From Alphaproteobacteria bacterium (GTDB lineage Bacteria > Pseudomonadota > Alphaproteobacteria > Rs-D84 > SZUA-605): DNA of 64,000 bases. Below are positions 1-10,763 of this stretch, one piece after another. Each line of letters begins with the position of its first letter. Positions within the stretch are counted from its first letter, which is position 1. Location of the stretch: assembly GCA_031549385.1 (NCBI GenBank), contig JAVBPW010000005.1, positions 74,428-138,427 of the forward strand, written 5' to 3'. The notes under the pieces were generated by a model. The model made no database searches and was not told the DNA's origin. It saw only the letters and a list, made by a program, of their open reading frames with translations. Position numbers and translations under genes: made by a program.

Positions 1-2
1 AT

Positions 3-1283
3 GGGCTTAATGTTATTCAAGGTGAAGATATTTTAACTCGATTAGTTCCTTATGGATTGCCTTCTAATTTTACTGATACTGATGCCTTTAAACAATCTTA
101 TCAAGTTCAAATAGATAAAACTGTTGATGAAACTTCTGTTAGCTTTAATGCTATTATTTTAGTTTATTCTGATACTAATAAGTTATCTATGCTAATAAGA
201 AAAAAACTTGTTTCGTATCTTGGTGTGCTTGGTGGAATGAAAGAAGAAGACGGAACTATTGTTTCTGGTGCTGGACCTTGGGATGAAAAAGAATTTAATT
301 GGAATTATTCTTTGCCTGATGATGCTATTATTGTACGTGTTAGGATTTTGAATTTCTTTAATAACTATGTTTCAAGATCAAAAACTGATAGTATTGCATC
401 GTCTAATACTATGCTTGCTGATCTTTATATGGGGTATCATGATATTACTATGATTAATGCTTTTAGTGCTGATAAAGTTGAAACTTTCTCCGTTTCTGGT
501 GTTGGTAGTATGATTGTTAATGGTTTCTTTGGAATTGAAGACGAATCTAATCATTCTTCTGACTTTATAGATAAGTTGGAAGATAAATTGAAAAATGCAA
601 AATTTGAAAATGTTATTGTGGAACAATTTGCAGGGCAACTTGCAAGTACTCAACCAGAAAAAGCTTTAGTTATAGATAGTGAATTGAATGTTGAAAATAT
701 TTTGAAGTTTAATAAAAATGGTCCTGAAATTGATAATACTTTTTCTATTGGAACTATTAGAACTAAAAGTCTTTCTGGAGTTAAACATTTAAATTATGAA
801 GGTAAGAAGGTCGCTGATCAACCTGCTGGGACTAAATCTGTTACTTTTGGAGTTGATCCAGTTTATAATAATGCTTCTGAAAATGTTGTTGTAAATAGAA
901 TGTATATTCTTGGGCTTTATCCTTCTGAAAAAGTATGGCCTGCAAGTATGTCTGTTATTGAAAATGATAGTGTTTATGTTTCTATTTCTAATTTTGATGT
1001 AAATGGTAATACTTCTATTTATTATAATGTATATCTTGAAAACGTTCTTAATCCAAATCCTAATTTGGTTATACAAAATATTAATACAGATTATGTGCAA
1101 TTTGATATTGATCCTGCTAAAAGAGCTTTTGAAAAATATAGAATTGACTTAATTGGAAGTAGTAGTAGGGTTTGGGATGTTAATTTAGGTGGACGTTATA
1201 TTACAGATAGACTTTTAGAAATATCAGGACATTTGGAAACTATATTTAAAAAATATAGAGAAGAATTAGATAAGGGATATTAA
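3..1283 (+). CDS. PilV/shufflon-N-like pilus adhesin paralog (5' truncated by window edge)
   Basis: Frame is open from base 3 (GLNVIQGEDILTRLVPYGLPSNF). Shares the YGL and NTMxADLYxG motifs with the next two ORFs. Confidence 0.55.
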   Translation, partial: GLNVIQGEDILTRLVPYGLPSNFTDTDAFKQSYQVQIDKTVDETSVSFNAIILVYSDTNKLSMLIRKKLVSYLGVLGGMKEEDGTIVSGAGPWDEKEFNWNYSLPDDAIIVRVRILNFFNNYVSRSKTDSIASSNTMLADLYMGYHDITMINAFSADKVETFSVSGVGSMIVNGFFGIEDESNHSSDFIDKLEDKLKNAKFENVIVEQFAGQLASTQPEKALVIDSELNVENILKFNKNGPEIDNTFSIGTIRTKSLSGVKHLNYEGKKVADQPAGTKSVTFGVDPVYNNASENVVVNRMYILGLYPSEKVWPASMSVIENDSVYVSISNFDVNGNTSIYYNVYLENVLNPNPNLVIQNINTDYVQFDIDPAKRAFEKYRIDLIGSSSRVWDVNLGGRYITDRLLEISGHLETIFKKYREELDKGY

Positions 1284-1286
1284 TTT

Positions 1287-2768
1287 ATGAAAATTATGAA
1301 TAAAAGAATTGCAGGTATGAGTATAATGGAAGTGATGATGGCACTTGCTATTATGCTTATGCTTTTACCTTTTGTTTATAAACAAGTTACTAAACAAACT
1401 TATGATGCACAAAATGTGGTTATTGCTAATACTATTAATGATGTTGCAAATGTTTCAGAAAACTATATTAAAGTTAATGAAAAAGGTTGGAAGGGTGATT
1501 ATGAAGAAATGTTAGATGGGTATTATTTACTTACTAAGATGCAAGATTATGGTTTGAAGTTACCTATACCTCTTTATCCTAATTATTTTTATAATATATA
1601 TTTGATGGTTTCAAAAAAGGAAAAAGAAATTAGTACTGATAAAATTGAAACATTTAATCAGGTTCAAGCTTATTTAATATATGAATTAACTTTAGAAATG
1701 GATGATGTTAGAGCCTGGAAAATTGTTTCTTCTATTGGAGAAAAGGCTGGATTTCTTAATGAAGGTTTATTAGAAGGATTCCAAGGGTCTTGGCAGATTT
1801 CAGGTTTTGAATCTCCTGCAAAAAGAGCTATTGTTATTAGACTTTCTTATTTAAATCCTTTTAAAGAAAAGAAAAAACATCTTTATGCTAATGTTATTGG
1901 GGGTTATGTGTCAGAAGATCAACCTGTGGATACTTCTTTTAATACTATGGAAGCTGATTTGTATTTAGGAACTTATGAAAATAAATTTAATATAGACGGT
2001 GTTAGAACAGCTTATTCAAGTATCTTGAAGTTTGATACTATGTATGTTTCAAATTTAGCTTTTGATGAAAATATCTCTGGATTACAATTTTCTGCTAAAA
2101 ATGCAAAATTTGATAATGGACTTCGTGTTGGTAATTTAACTTTAAATAAATTTGAAACTGAAAAGAATATTTATGGGGATATTAATGACATTAATGTTAA
2201 AGAACTTAAGGTGGAACAAATTAGTGTTGGGAACTTTATATTAGAGCGAGGGTTATCTATAGGTTCTTATATACATTCATTCTCTCTTGAATTAGATAAT
2301 GATATGTATGTTTATAGTAATCCACTTAATTATCTTTATTCATGTAACTTTAGAATTAGTAAATCTTTATATTTTAATGCTCAAATGTATATACAACGAT
2401 TAAATATTGTTTCTGCATTAGACCAAGAAAATAAATGTACTGTGCAACGAGATGCAAATGGTAATGTTGTGTTTTTAGATGAAGCAGGGAATCCTATTGA
2501 TGTTACAAGCCAAGAGTATCTTGATAACCCTGTGGATTTATATGCTGTTTGTACTGAACCTGCTGATTCTAGTGATTTAGCAGGCCAGGGGGCTGAAAAA
2601 TTTGCTAAATTTACTTATTTACCAAGTAATCCTATTACAGGACATTCTTCACCTTTAATTGTTGATAAACCTTTTGTTGATGGAAAAGAAGTTTTAAATT
2701 TAAAAACTGATAATCTTTATCTTAAAGATGTTGATGTTAATACTATGTTGAATAATTTATTGAATTGA
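1287..2768 (+). CDS. Type IV prepilin-signal protein, PilV-like adhesin
   Basis: KRIAG|MSIME prepilin cleavage site with E+5 and a hydrophobic helix; NTMEADLYLG motif; beta-rich C-terminus. Confidence 0.65.
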   Translation: MKIMNKRIAGMSIMEVMMALAIMLMLLPFVYKQVTKQTYDAQNVVIANTINDVANVSENYIKVNEKGWKGDYEEMLDGYYLLTKMQDYGLKLPIPLYPNYFYNIYLMVSKKEKEISTDKIETFNQVQAYLIYELTLEMDDVRAWKIVSSIGEKAGFLNEGLLEGFQGSWQISGFESPAKRAIVIRLSYLNPFKEKKKHLYANVIGGYVSEDQPVDTSFNTMEADLYLGTYENKFNIDGVRTAYSSILKFDTMYVSNLAFDENISGLQFSAKNAKFDNGLRVGNLTLNKFETEKNIYGDINDINVKELKVEQISVGNFILERGLSIGSYIHSFSLELDNDMYVYSNPLNYLYSCNFRISKSLYFNAQMYIQRLNIVSALDQENKCTVQRDANGNVVFLDEAGNPIDVTSQEYLDNPVDLYAVCTEPADSSDLAGQGAEKFAKFTYLPSNPITGHSSPLIVDKPFVDGKEVLNLKTDNLYLKDVDVNTMLNNLLN

Positions 2769-2776
2769 GGTTGAAT

Positions 2777-4231
2777 ATGAAAACGTTAAAACGACTTTAT
2801 GGTGGAATGCTTTTAGAAATGCTCTTAATGATCGTTGTTTTGGGTTCTATTTTGCCTTTTATATATCGTCAAAATATTGCTAAGAATGAAAATATTGAAA
2901 ACGCTGCTGTGGCTTCTGATTTAGTTAGAATTAAATTGGCTGTTGAAAATTATATCTCTCTAATAGACCCTCATCAGATGACAGATGGACAGGTTAGAGA
3001 TGTTGATATTCCAACTCTTTATGATTATGGTCTTCCATCTTCTATATCAAGAGTTAATAAATATGACCAACCTTATTATATAAAAATTAAAAAAGTTACT
3101 AATCCTAAGGGAGATAGTTATATTTATGGATTTGCCTATGTGCTTAGAAAAGCTAAGAGTACGGTGTTGAAAAGTTTTGATGTGTTGAAATTTACTGGTC
3201 CTTCTGGTGGAGTGTTGGAAGATGGATTTATTGTAGGAGCAGGCGGTGCTTGGATGGAAAACCCTGTTTCATGGGGAATTCCAGAGTCTTTACATGGAGC
3301 GGTATTTATTAGAATTTCACCAGCTGTTGAAAATCAGATTTATATTGTGCGTAATGGAAATGTGTCTGAAAGGACTATGATGACTGATTTAGTATTACTT
3401 TATAAAGATATTAAAGATGCTAATCTTATTAACGGTTCAGTTTTGAATACTCCAATATTAAAATTCAAAGGTCCTGTTAGTGAAAAAGAATATAATATTG
3501 ATAGTTTGCTTTTAGAAGGTATTTCATCAGATGATATTAATATTAGAGCTTATATAGAAAATATGACTGCAACTAATTTAGTAGTTAATGGGAATATTTA
3601 TCTTAATGGTGCTGGAAATTTTGGTGGGAATACTATTGAAGCTAAAATTTTAGAAAATGTTGGATCTATTAATATTTCTTCTTTAATGGATAATGAAGGT
3701 TTGTGGATTTATGCTGATAAACTTGATTGTATTGAAAGATATAATAGAAGCTATAACAATGGTTTAAAGAGTTATATAACATCAGCTTCAGCTTATTTTT
3801 ATAATAAAAATGTTAAAATAGAAGAACTTAATACATATTTGTTTTCTTACACATTTGATCCTGATAATTCACCATATTCTATGGAATCTATTGATAATAC
3901 AAATGGGAATATGGTTACTATGAGCAATACAAAACTTAGAGATATTACATTATCAAAAATTAATACATGTTTTTCTACTGATACTAATATAAGGTCTCAT
4001 TGTGATATGCCTAATGATGAACAATTCAATAATTTGAAGAGAATGTTGATGTGTTGCCAAAGTTCTATGAACTATGGAGAATGTTATGAAGCAAAGGCTG
4101 GAAATGAAAATTCTATTAAAAATGTTACTTTGGGTGAGATTTTAACTTGTCTTGAAATTCAAAAAGAGTATAATAGTAAGTTGTGTCAGGAGATAAAAAC
4201 AAAAAAAGACCCGATGTACAATTGTAACTAA
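2777..4231 (+). CDS. Type IV prepilin-signal protein, PilV-like adhesin with Cys-rich C-terminus
   Basis: GAGG SD before ATG 2777; KRLYG|GMLLE; YDYGLP, GAGGAW and RTMMTDL motifs. Confidence 0.65.
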   Translation: MKTLKRLYGGMLLEMLLMIVVLGSILPFIYRQNIAKNENIENAAVASDLVRIKLAVENYISLIDPHQMTDGQVRDVDIPTLYDYGLPSSISRVNKYDQPYYIKIKKVTNPKGDSYIYGFAYVLRKAKSTVLKSFDVLKFTGPSGGVLEDGFIVGAGGAWMENPVSWGIPESLHGAVFIRISPAVENQIYIVRNGNVSERTMMTDLVLLYKDIKDANLINGSVLNTPILKFKGPVSEKEYNIDSLLLEGISSDDINIRAYIENMTATNLVVNGNIYLNGAGNFGGNTIEAKILENVGSINISSLMDNEGLWIYADKLDCIERYNRSYNNGLKSYITSASAYFYNKNVKIEELNTYLFSYTFDPDNSPYSMESIDNTNGNMVTMSNTKLRDITLSKINTCFSTDTNIRSHCDMPNDEQFNNLKRMLMCCQSSMNYGECYEAKAGNENSIKNVTLGEILTCLEIQKEYNSKLCQEIKTKKDPMYNCN

Positions 4232-4232
4232 A

Positions 4233-4949
4233 ATGAACCAAATAATTGATAGTGCATTATTGCTGAGAAAGGAAAATTTTTGCGAACATCATTTGTTGGC
4301 ATATTTCTTTTCACAATCTCATGGGCTTGTAAAAGGTATTTTACAATATGGAGCAAATGGAAAAAATTCTGCTGATTTACAAAATTTTAATCTGTTTGAA
4401 ATTCATTGGAAAGGTAAAAATGAGGATTTAGGTAAGTTGAAAGTTGGACTTGCTAGGAGTAATCAATCTAAATTCTTGTTTTGTAAAGAACGTCTTTATA
4501 TTGTTAATCTTATTAATAATCTTTTACTTGATCTTATTTGTGAGCGAGAAAATAATAGTGAAGTTTATTCTTGTACTATTAAATTTTTAGATACTTTATC
4601 TGCAAATAAAAAAGAAAATCTGAAAAATTACTATATTTATGAGGCTAATTTATTGAATCACCTTGGTTTTTCATATGATCTTTCAAGATGTGCTTTGACA
4701 GGTTCATGTTCTGGGCTTTATTATGTATCGCCTAATACTGGGGCAGCATGCACTAAAGAAGCAGGAGATGTTATGAAGGAAAAACTTTTTGTTCTTCCTC
4801 AGTTTTTTGTTGGGCAAGAAGATGACTTGGATCAAGACTTAAAAAATGCCGATAAACTTAATTTTTACTTTCTACAGAAAAATTTTCACACTTTGTCAAG
4901 CGGGTTTTTGAAAAATAGATCTAATCTTTTGAAAACTTTTGGATTGTAA
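4233..4949 (+). CDS. recO: DNA repair protein RecO
   Basis: HGLVKG; YEANLLNHLGFSYDLSRCALTG; YVSPNTG (alphaproteobacterial RecO pattern); lies upstream of parC. Confidence 0.9.
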   Translation: MNQIIDSALLLRKENFCEHHLLAYFFSQSHGLVKGILQYGANGKNSADLQNFNLFEIHWKGKNEDLGKLKVGLARSNQSKFLFCKERLYIVNLINNLLLDLICERENNSEVYSCTIKFLDTLSANKKENLKNYYIYEANLLNHLGFSYDLSRCALTGSCSGLYYVSPNTGAACTKEAGDVMKEKLFVLPQFFVGQEDDLDQDLKNADKLNFYFLQKNFHTLSSGFLKNRSNLLKTFGL

Positions 4950-4997
4950 TTTATTTTTAAATTAGTAAAATGTCCTAGTAAATAATTAGGATAGAAA

Positions 4998-7223
4998 ATG
5001 TCAGAACAAAACAAATTAGATATAAAAGAAGAACAATTATTAGATGCATTATCTAAAAGATATTTAGATTATGCTATTTCGACTATTGTAGATCGTGCTT
5101 TACCTGATGTGCGTGATGGTTTAAAGCCTGTGCACCGAAGACTTTTATATGCTATGAGAGTTCTTAGACTTAATCCTAAAACTGCTTTTAAAAAGTGTGC
5201 CAGAGTTGTTGGTGATGTTATTGGTAAATATCATCCTCATGGGGATGTTGCTGTTTATGAAGCTATGGTACGTTTAGCGCAAAATTTCTCTGTAAGATAT
5301 CCTCTTGTTGATGGACAAGGTAATTTTGGAAATATCGATGGAGATAGTGCTGCTGCTATGCGATATACAGAAGCACGTCTTACTGAAGCTGGCGAAGTTT
5401 TAATGAGAGATTTGGATAAAGATACTGTGGACTTTATCGATAATTATGATGGTTCAGAAGAAGAGCCTGTTGTAATGCCTGCTGCTTTTCCTAATTTGTT
5501 GGCTAATGGTGCTATGGGGATTGCTGTGGGGATGGCGACTAATATTCCTCCACATAATGTAGATGAATTATGTACCGCTCTTACACATTTGATTAAAAAT
5601 CCAGATATGACTGTTGCTAAATTGGTTGATTACGTTAAAGGTCCTGATTTTCCAACTGGTGGAACTGTTATTGATAAAAAAGCTCATATCGTTAATATAT
5701 ATGAAAAAGGAATGGGTGCTTTTACTATTAGAGCTAAATGGGAAAAAGAAGAACTTTCTTATGGAAATTATCAAATTGTTATAACTGAAATTCCTTATGG
5801 AGTTGTTAAATCTAAATTAATTGAAAAAATTGCAGATTTGATGGAGCAAAAAAAACTTCCGTTCATCAATGACATTAGAGATGAATCTGCTGAAGATGTA
5901 AGAATTGTTATTGAACCTAAAAATAGAACTATTGAAGTTGATATTTTAATGGCTCATTTGTTTAAAACTACTGATTTAGAATCTAAGTTTAATATGAATA
6001 TGAATGTTCTTGATGCACAATCTGTTCCTCGTGTTATGAACTTAAAAGAAGTATTAGTTGAATTTTTAGCTCACAGACGTATTGTTTTGACAAGAAAATC
6101 TAATTTCAGATTGAAAAATATTGAAAATAGACTTGAAGTGTTAGATGGGTTCTTAAAGGCTTATCTTAATTTAGATAGAGTTATTGCTATTATCAGGGAG
6201 AATGATGAACCTAAACCACTTCTTATAAAAGAATTTGAATTAACTGATACTCAAGCTGATGCTATACTTGATATGAAGTTGCGTTCTCTTCGTAAATTGG
6301 AAGAAATGGAACTTAAAAATGAACATGCTAAACTTTCTAAAGAAAGAAAAGAACTTTTGGAATTACTTGGTTCTGATTTGAAAATAGATGAAGCATTAAT
6401 TGCTGAATTTGATGAAATCAAAGAAATTATGGGAAAGAAAACTAAGTTTGGAAAAAGAAGAACTCAGTTGCAAGAAGCAGATACAGATATTGTTATCGAT
6501 GAAAATGCTTTTATTGAAAAAGAGCCTATTACAGTTTTACTTTCAAAGCGAAATTGGATAAGGGCAGTTAAAGGCCATCAAGATTTGAATGAAAAATTTC
6601 CTGCTAAAGAAGGTGATGAAAATAAATTTGCTTTCCATGTTATGACTAATGAAAAGATTTTAATTGCTGCTAATAATGGTAAGTTTTATACAATTGGAGC
6701 AGATAAAATTAGTCGAGGTAAGGGATTTGGAGAGCCTATTTCATTATTGATAGATATTGAAGATGGTGTGGAAATTCTTGATGCATTCAAATATGAAGAA
6801 GGTCAAAAATTATTGCTTGTTAATGATAACGGTGTTGGTTTTGTGACTAATACAGATAATGTCTTGGCTGTTACAAAAACAGGGCGTATTGTATTTAACC
6901 TAAACATATCAGAAAAATTAGAAAAAATATTTAAAATTACTGATGGCGATGATAAAGTTGCTATTATTAGTGATGATAGAAAACTTTTAATCTTTAATTT
7001 AGAAGAAATACCAGAACTTTCAAAAGGAAAGGGTGTTATCTTACAAAAATATCGTGAAAATAAAATGTCAGATGTGATTACTTTTAACAGTAAAGAAGGG
7101 TTATACTGGATTACTGGAAGAGGAAAGACTGTGGTTGATAATTATGTACTTTGGGAAAGTAAACGTGCTAACCAAGGGTATTTTGCGATGCCAAATTTTC
7201 CAAAATCCAATAAGTTTATCTAA
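4998..7223 (+). CDS. parC: DNA topoisomerase IV subunit A
   Basis: [29 protein letters not shown]; 741 aa; no GyrA-box; recO-parC synteny. Confidence 0.92.
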   Translation: MSEQNKLDIKEEQLLDALSKRYLDYAISTIVDRALPDVRDGLKPVHRRLLYAMRVLRLNPKTAFKKCARVVGDVIGKYHPHGDVAVYEAMVRLAQNFSVRYPLVDGQGNFGNIDGDSAAAMRYTEARLTEAGEVLMRDLDKDTVDFIDNYDGSEEEPVVMPAAFPNLLANGAMGIAVGMATNIPPHNVDELCTALTHLIKNPDMTVAKLVDYVKGPDFPTGGTVIDKKAHIVNIYEKGMGAFTIRAKWEKEELSYGNYQIVITEIPYGVVKSKLIEKIADLMEQKKLPFINDIRDESAEDVRIVIEPKNRTIEVDILMAHLFKTTDLESKFNMNMNVLDAQSVPRVMNLKEVLVEFLAHRRIVLTRKSNFRLKNIENRLEVLDGFLKAYLNLDRVIAIIRENDEPKPLLIKEFELTDTQADAILDMKLRSLRKLEEMELKNEHAKLSKERKELLELLGSDLKIDEALIAEFDEIKEIMGKKTKFGKRRTQLQEADTDIVIDENAFIEKEPITVLLSKRNWIRAVKGHQDLNEKFPAKEGDENKFAFHVMTNEKILIAANNGKFYTIGADKISRGKGFGEPISLLIDIEDGVEILDAFKYEEGQKLLLVNDNGVGFVTNTDNVLAVTKTGRIVFNLNISEKLEKIFKITDGDDKVAIISDDRKLLIFNLEEIPELSKGKGVILQKYRENKMSDVITFNSKEGLYWITGRGKTVVDNYVLWESKRANQGYFAMPNFPKSNKFI

Positions 7224-7330
7224 TTTGCTGCAAGCCAAAAGGATTCAAAATTTTAAGACACATCACGTATTTTAATACACTCAGGTCTAAAATTTTAAAT
7301 ACTTTCGTTTTCACTAAACTATCTAAACTT
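7212..7330 (-). ncRNA. ssrS: Putative short 6S RNA
   Basis: Folds by eye as a rod with a central bubble; immediately downstream of zapA, the usual ssrS position. Confidence 0.5.
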
Positions 7331-7342
7331 GTTTAAAATTTG

Positions 7343-7666
7343 TTATATTTTTAAAGACATGATGTCGATTTTGTCTTTTAAATTTTGAATTTTTTCATTT
7401 AAATTTTCTACTTCCCTTGGGTCGAGTTGTGGAGCAGTTGGTTCTGATGGTTTGATTTGTTCTTTTGCTGCTGTTAGTTCGTCTGATAATACTATTGACA
7501 ACATCACAAGTAACATTTCATGAGTTATATTTCCATGAAAAGCTTGGAAAATTTCAGCTTCTTTTTTAGAAATTAAAGATTGTAATTGCATTAATCTTTC
7601 TTCTTGGCCTTCTTTGCAAGATATTGGATATGTCTTTGAATTTATTTGAAAATTTACTTGTGGCAT
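7343..7666 (-). CDS. zapA: Cell division protein ZapA
   Basis: INSKTYPISCKEGQEERL...LLVMLSIVLSDEL. Confidence 0.88.
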   Translation of the reverse strand: MPQVNFQINSKTYPISCKEGQEERLMQLQSLISKKEAEIFQAFHGNITHEMLLVMLSIVLSDELTAAKEQIKPSEPTAPQLDPREVENLNEKIQNLKDKIDIMSLKI

Positions 7667-7668
7667 GA

Positions 7669-7878
7669 TTAAAATCCTCTTTCTAATTCTTCTATCTTTG
7701 ATAAAAGGGAATTGATTATTATTAATGCTTTAGCTTTGCTTCTTTTGAAGTTTTGAATTTGTTCTTTAATTTCATCATAATCAGATGTGTCTTCTTTTGG
7801 TTTTAAAGAAATTTTTCTTTCAAGTTGTGATAATGAATTTTCAAGAAGTTGTAATGATTGATTTAATTCTTCTAACAT
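7669..7878 (-). CDS. Small coiled-coil protein (DUF4164/ZauP-like)
   Basis: 69-aa coiled coil directly upstream of zapA, as in other Alphaproteobacteria. Confidence 0.6.
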   Translation of the reverse strand: MLEELNQSLQLLENSLSQLERKISLKPKEDTSDYDEIKEQIQNFKRSKAKALIIINSLLSKIEELERGF

Positions 7879-9038
7879 TTTTTATCCCATCCTTTTGTTA
7901 ATAATTCATTATACAAATCTAATGTTTCTTGGCATTTTTCATCCATAGAAAAATATTTTGCACGCTCTTTGCAATTTTTTTGTAGTTTCTCGTATTCCTT
8001 TGCTGGTAAGTTTAACACATAGTCTAATGCTTTTGCAAGACTTTCTGTGTCATCAGGTTTAATTAACCAGCCTGACTTGTTCTCTTGGATTATTTCTCTT
8101 GGTCCACCTATGTTTGTGCAAATACATGGAACGCCTGTTGCAAATGATTCTACTATTGTTCTTCCAAAAGTTTCTTCAGTTGTTGCTGCATTAATAGATA
8201 CATAAGCAAATGGAAATAAATATTCTGGTTGAGATGACATTTGAGAGTTAAAGAAAACTTTGTCTTCAAGTTTTAAATCTTTTACTAATTTTTTTACTTC
8301 ATCATAGTACTCTTGATTTTTTAATTTTCCTACATTGATTATGCAGTAATAATTTCCTTTTAATTTTGCCATTGCTTTTATTATAGTATGTGAACCTTTT
8401 ACTCGTGAAAAACGAGAAGGATTTACTATTACTTTTGCGTCTTTTGGAATTTTGAAATACTGTCTATATTCTTCCAATTTTTTCTTGTCTAAATTTTTAG
8501 AATCGTATTTTTCAAGGTCTACCCAACGGTAAATTACTTTTAAATTACAAGGTTTTACTCCATAATTCTCAGCTATAAAATTTTTTGTATATTTAGACGG
8601 AGTGATTGTTGGAATACTTGTACACATTATTGAGTTATAATACTTTTTAAAGAATCTTAAAATCGAATTTTTAGGTAAATTTCCAGCTCCATGAAATGTT
8701 GTTAAAAATTTTGCATTTGTTCCTTTTGAGGCCCAATAAGATGCCCATGCTGGAGCTCTTGATCTTGCGTGTATTATATCTACATCATAATCTTTGATTA
8801 ATTGTTTTAATTTTCGAGAATTAAGCCACATTTTAATTGGATTTTTTGAACCAACTTGCATTTGAATATGTTTTACACCTGTATTATCAAGTTCATGTAA
8901 CCAAACACCACCATTTGAAATCACTATTGAATTGCAATTATGTTTTGCTAAAAATTTTGAAAGGTCTATTGTGCCACGTTCTACGCCACCTTGATTTAAA
9001 GATGGAAGAACTTGCATGATTGTTAGTTTTTTGTTCAT
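7872..9038 (-). CDS. Glycosyltransferase family 4
   Basis: QVLPSLNQGGVERG, HARSRAPAW, ETFGRTIVES; start reassigned to MNKKL. Confidence 0.9.
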   Translation of the reverse strand: MNKKLTIMQVLPSLNQGGVERGTIDLSKFLAKHNCNSIVISNGGVWLHELDNTGVKHIQMQVGSKNPIKMWLNSRKLKQLIKDYDVDIIHARSRAPAWASYWASKGTNAKFLTTFHGAGNLPKNSILRFFKKYYNSIMCTSIPTITPSKYTKNFIAENYGVKPCNLKVIYRWVDLEKYDSKNLDKKKLEEYRQYFKIPKDAKVIVNPSRFSRVKGSHTIIKAMAKLKGNYYCIINVGKLKNQEYYDEVKKLVKDLKLEDKVFFNSQMSSQPEYLFPFAYVSINAATTEETFGRTIVESFATGVPCICTNIGGPREIIQENKSGWLIKPDDTESLAKALDYVLNLPAKEYEKLQKNCKERAKYFSMDEKCQETLDLYNELLTKGWDKKC

Positions 9039-9039
9039 T

Positions 9040-9948
9040 TTAATTCCCATATGCTTTTGCTTCTTTACCAAATGTACCTTTGAAATATCCAAAAGTTTTT
9101 GCTATTTTACATAATCTTTTATATAAAGTATGTTTTTGAAAAATACTTATTGGTAATAATACTATATAAAATAACATAGCTAAAAGGTTTTGTAAATTTT
9201 TTAATATCACTTTTGAGGGTGTATATTTTTTTGTTTTGATTGCTCTGTTGTTACCTATACGAAAATCGCGTTTTAAAACGTATTTAAGAGTACAGCGTTC
9301 TGCTGGAATTATTTCATAAGCAAGAGCTTTTTGATTGTGCAGAATTAATCCTTTAGCATCATAAACTGATTTGAAAAAATCTGTGTCTTCTCCACCACAA
9401 AAATTAAATCGTGGGTCGAATTTTAAATTGTGTTTTCGTACAAAATCTAGATCGAGAGCGAAGTTTCCACCTGCAGAAGTTTTTAGAGGTCTTTTATCTT
9501 CCTTTTTATCTGATAATTTGAAGAATTTTCCCTTAATTATCCATCTTGGACAATTAGCTGGAAGTATTGATAGTGTTGGACCAGAGGAAACTGTGCAATT
9601 ATTTTTTATTAAAAATTCTAAATGGTTTTTAATCCAATCTTTTTCTACTACTTCATCATCATCAAATGATAGTAAATATTTTGCTTTTAAAAGAGTTGCT
9701 TCTGATAAAATTTTGTTCCTTACATTTACTAGACCAGGAGATGGTTCGCTTACATAATGAATAGTTGTTTTTACATCTCTTTTTAAACTTTCAACTGCAT
9801 CGTATGCTGATTTTTGTGGATCATTGTCGACTATTAAAATTTCTATGTTTAGATTTGATAGTTCTTTATTGTGTGATAACGATTCAACTGCCTTTTGAAC
9901 TCCAAAAGGTCTTTTATATGTTGGAATTGAAATTATTATTTTATCCAT
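9040..9948 (-). CDS. Glycosyltransferase family 2
   Basis: IPTYKRP, IVDND, FDDDE, GGEDTDF. Confidence 0.9.
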   Translation of the reverse strand: MDKIIISIPTYKRPFGVQKAVESLSHNKELSNLNIEILIVDNDPQKSAYDAVESLKRDVKTTIHYVSEPSPGLVNVRNKILSEATLLKAKYLLSFDDDEVVEKDWIKNHLEFLIKNNCTVSSGPTLSILPANCPRWIIKGKFFKLSDKKEDKRPLKTSAGGNFALDLDFVRKHNLKFDPRFNFCGGEDTDFFKSVYDAKGLILHNQKALAYEIIPAERCTLKYVLKRDFRIGNNRAIKTKKYTPSKVILKNLQNLLAMLFYIVLLPISIFQKHTLYKRLCKIAKTFGYFKGTFGKEAKAYGN

Positions 9949-9949
9949 T

Positions 9950-10762
9950 TTACCACCAAAAGCATTTTACCCATAAAGTAGGGCGAATATGTTTATAAAT
10001 CTTCTTAAATCCTTTTGGATATTTACGATCTGTTTTTGGTCCCCATTGACCTATTACAGCTTCTGCCATGCTTGGAAGTCCATGGAATGAAATCATTTGA
10101 AGTCCATCCCAATTTGGAATTGATGGTGTTATAAACCAACGTAAAATTCCAATTGGCATACAATGAAAACGAAATGATGCTACCCAGTTTTCTGGCCAGA
10201 AATTTAATTTTCCATATTTTTCTATTACTTTTGCTGATAGGTATTCTTGAGATGCTGTGTAGTACTTTTCAAATACTGGTTTTGCATTCTTTTCAAAATA
10301 TGTTTTTGCAAATCCTAATGTTCCTACTACCCATGAATATAATGATGCTTGTCCAACTGAACCGTCTTTATGTGCCCAATCTTTAATTATATAAAATTTA
10401 TCTTCTATTGGGTAAGAAAATAATGGATCTAGGTTTCCTATGATTACTGTATCAAGGTCGAAAAAGAAAACACGTTGTCCATTTAATCCACCTAAATTAT
10501 CGTCGCATAATCCTGCTTCTTTTCTGTATGCCCATTTGCAATCTGCCATGTCCATATGCATAACTGGAAGAGGATGAACATTTACATCGCTATCTAATCC
10601 TTCTGATACCTCAGTAAAACAATGAAAGTTTACATTGTAGTTAGTATTCCTTTTTATCATATTTTTTAATTTATTTACATATTCTGGGCCATATAGTGTT
10701 CCCCATTTAATACAAATAACATTTACTTCTTTATCGTTTTTTTTAATTTGATTGTGTGACAT
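9950..10762 (-). CDS. Glycosyltransferase (GT-A fold)
   Basis: ICIKWGTLYGPEYVNKL, FFDLD (DxD), FHGLP. Confidence 0.8.
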   Translation of the reverse strand: MSHNQIKKNDKEVNVICIKWGTLYGPEYVNKLKNMIKRNTNYNVNFHCFTEVSEGLDSDVNVHPLPVMHMDMADCKWAYRKEAGLCDDNLGGLNGQRVFFFDLDTVIIGNLDPLFSYPIEDKFYIIKDWAHKDGSVGQASLYSWVVGTLGFAKTYFEKNAKPVFEKYYTASQEYLSAKVIEKYGKLNFWPENWVASFRFHCMPIGILRWFITPSIPNWDGLQMISFHGLPSMAEAVIGQWGPKTDRKYPKGFKKIYKHIRPTLWVKCFWW

Positions 10763-10763
10763 G

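Noticed and set aside
3-4231. Shufflon
   Set aside because: No inverted cassettes, sfx-like repeats or adjacent recombinase seen; the genes are full-length paralogs.
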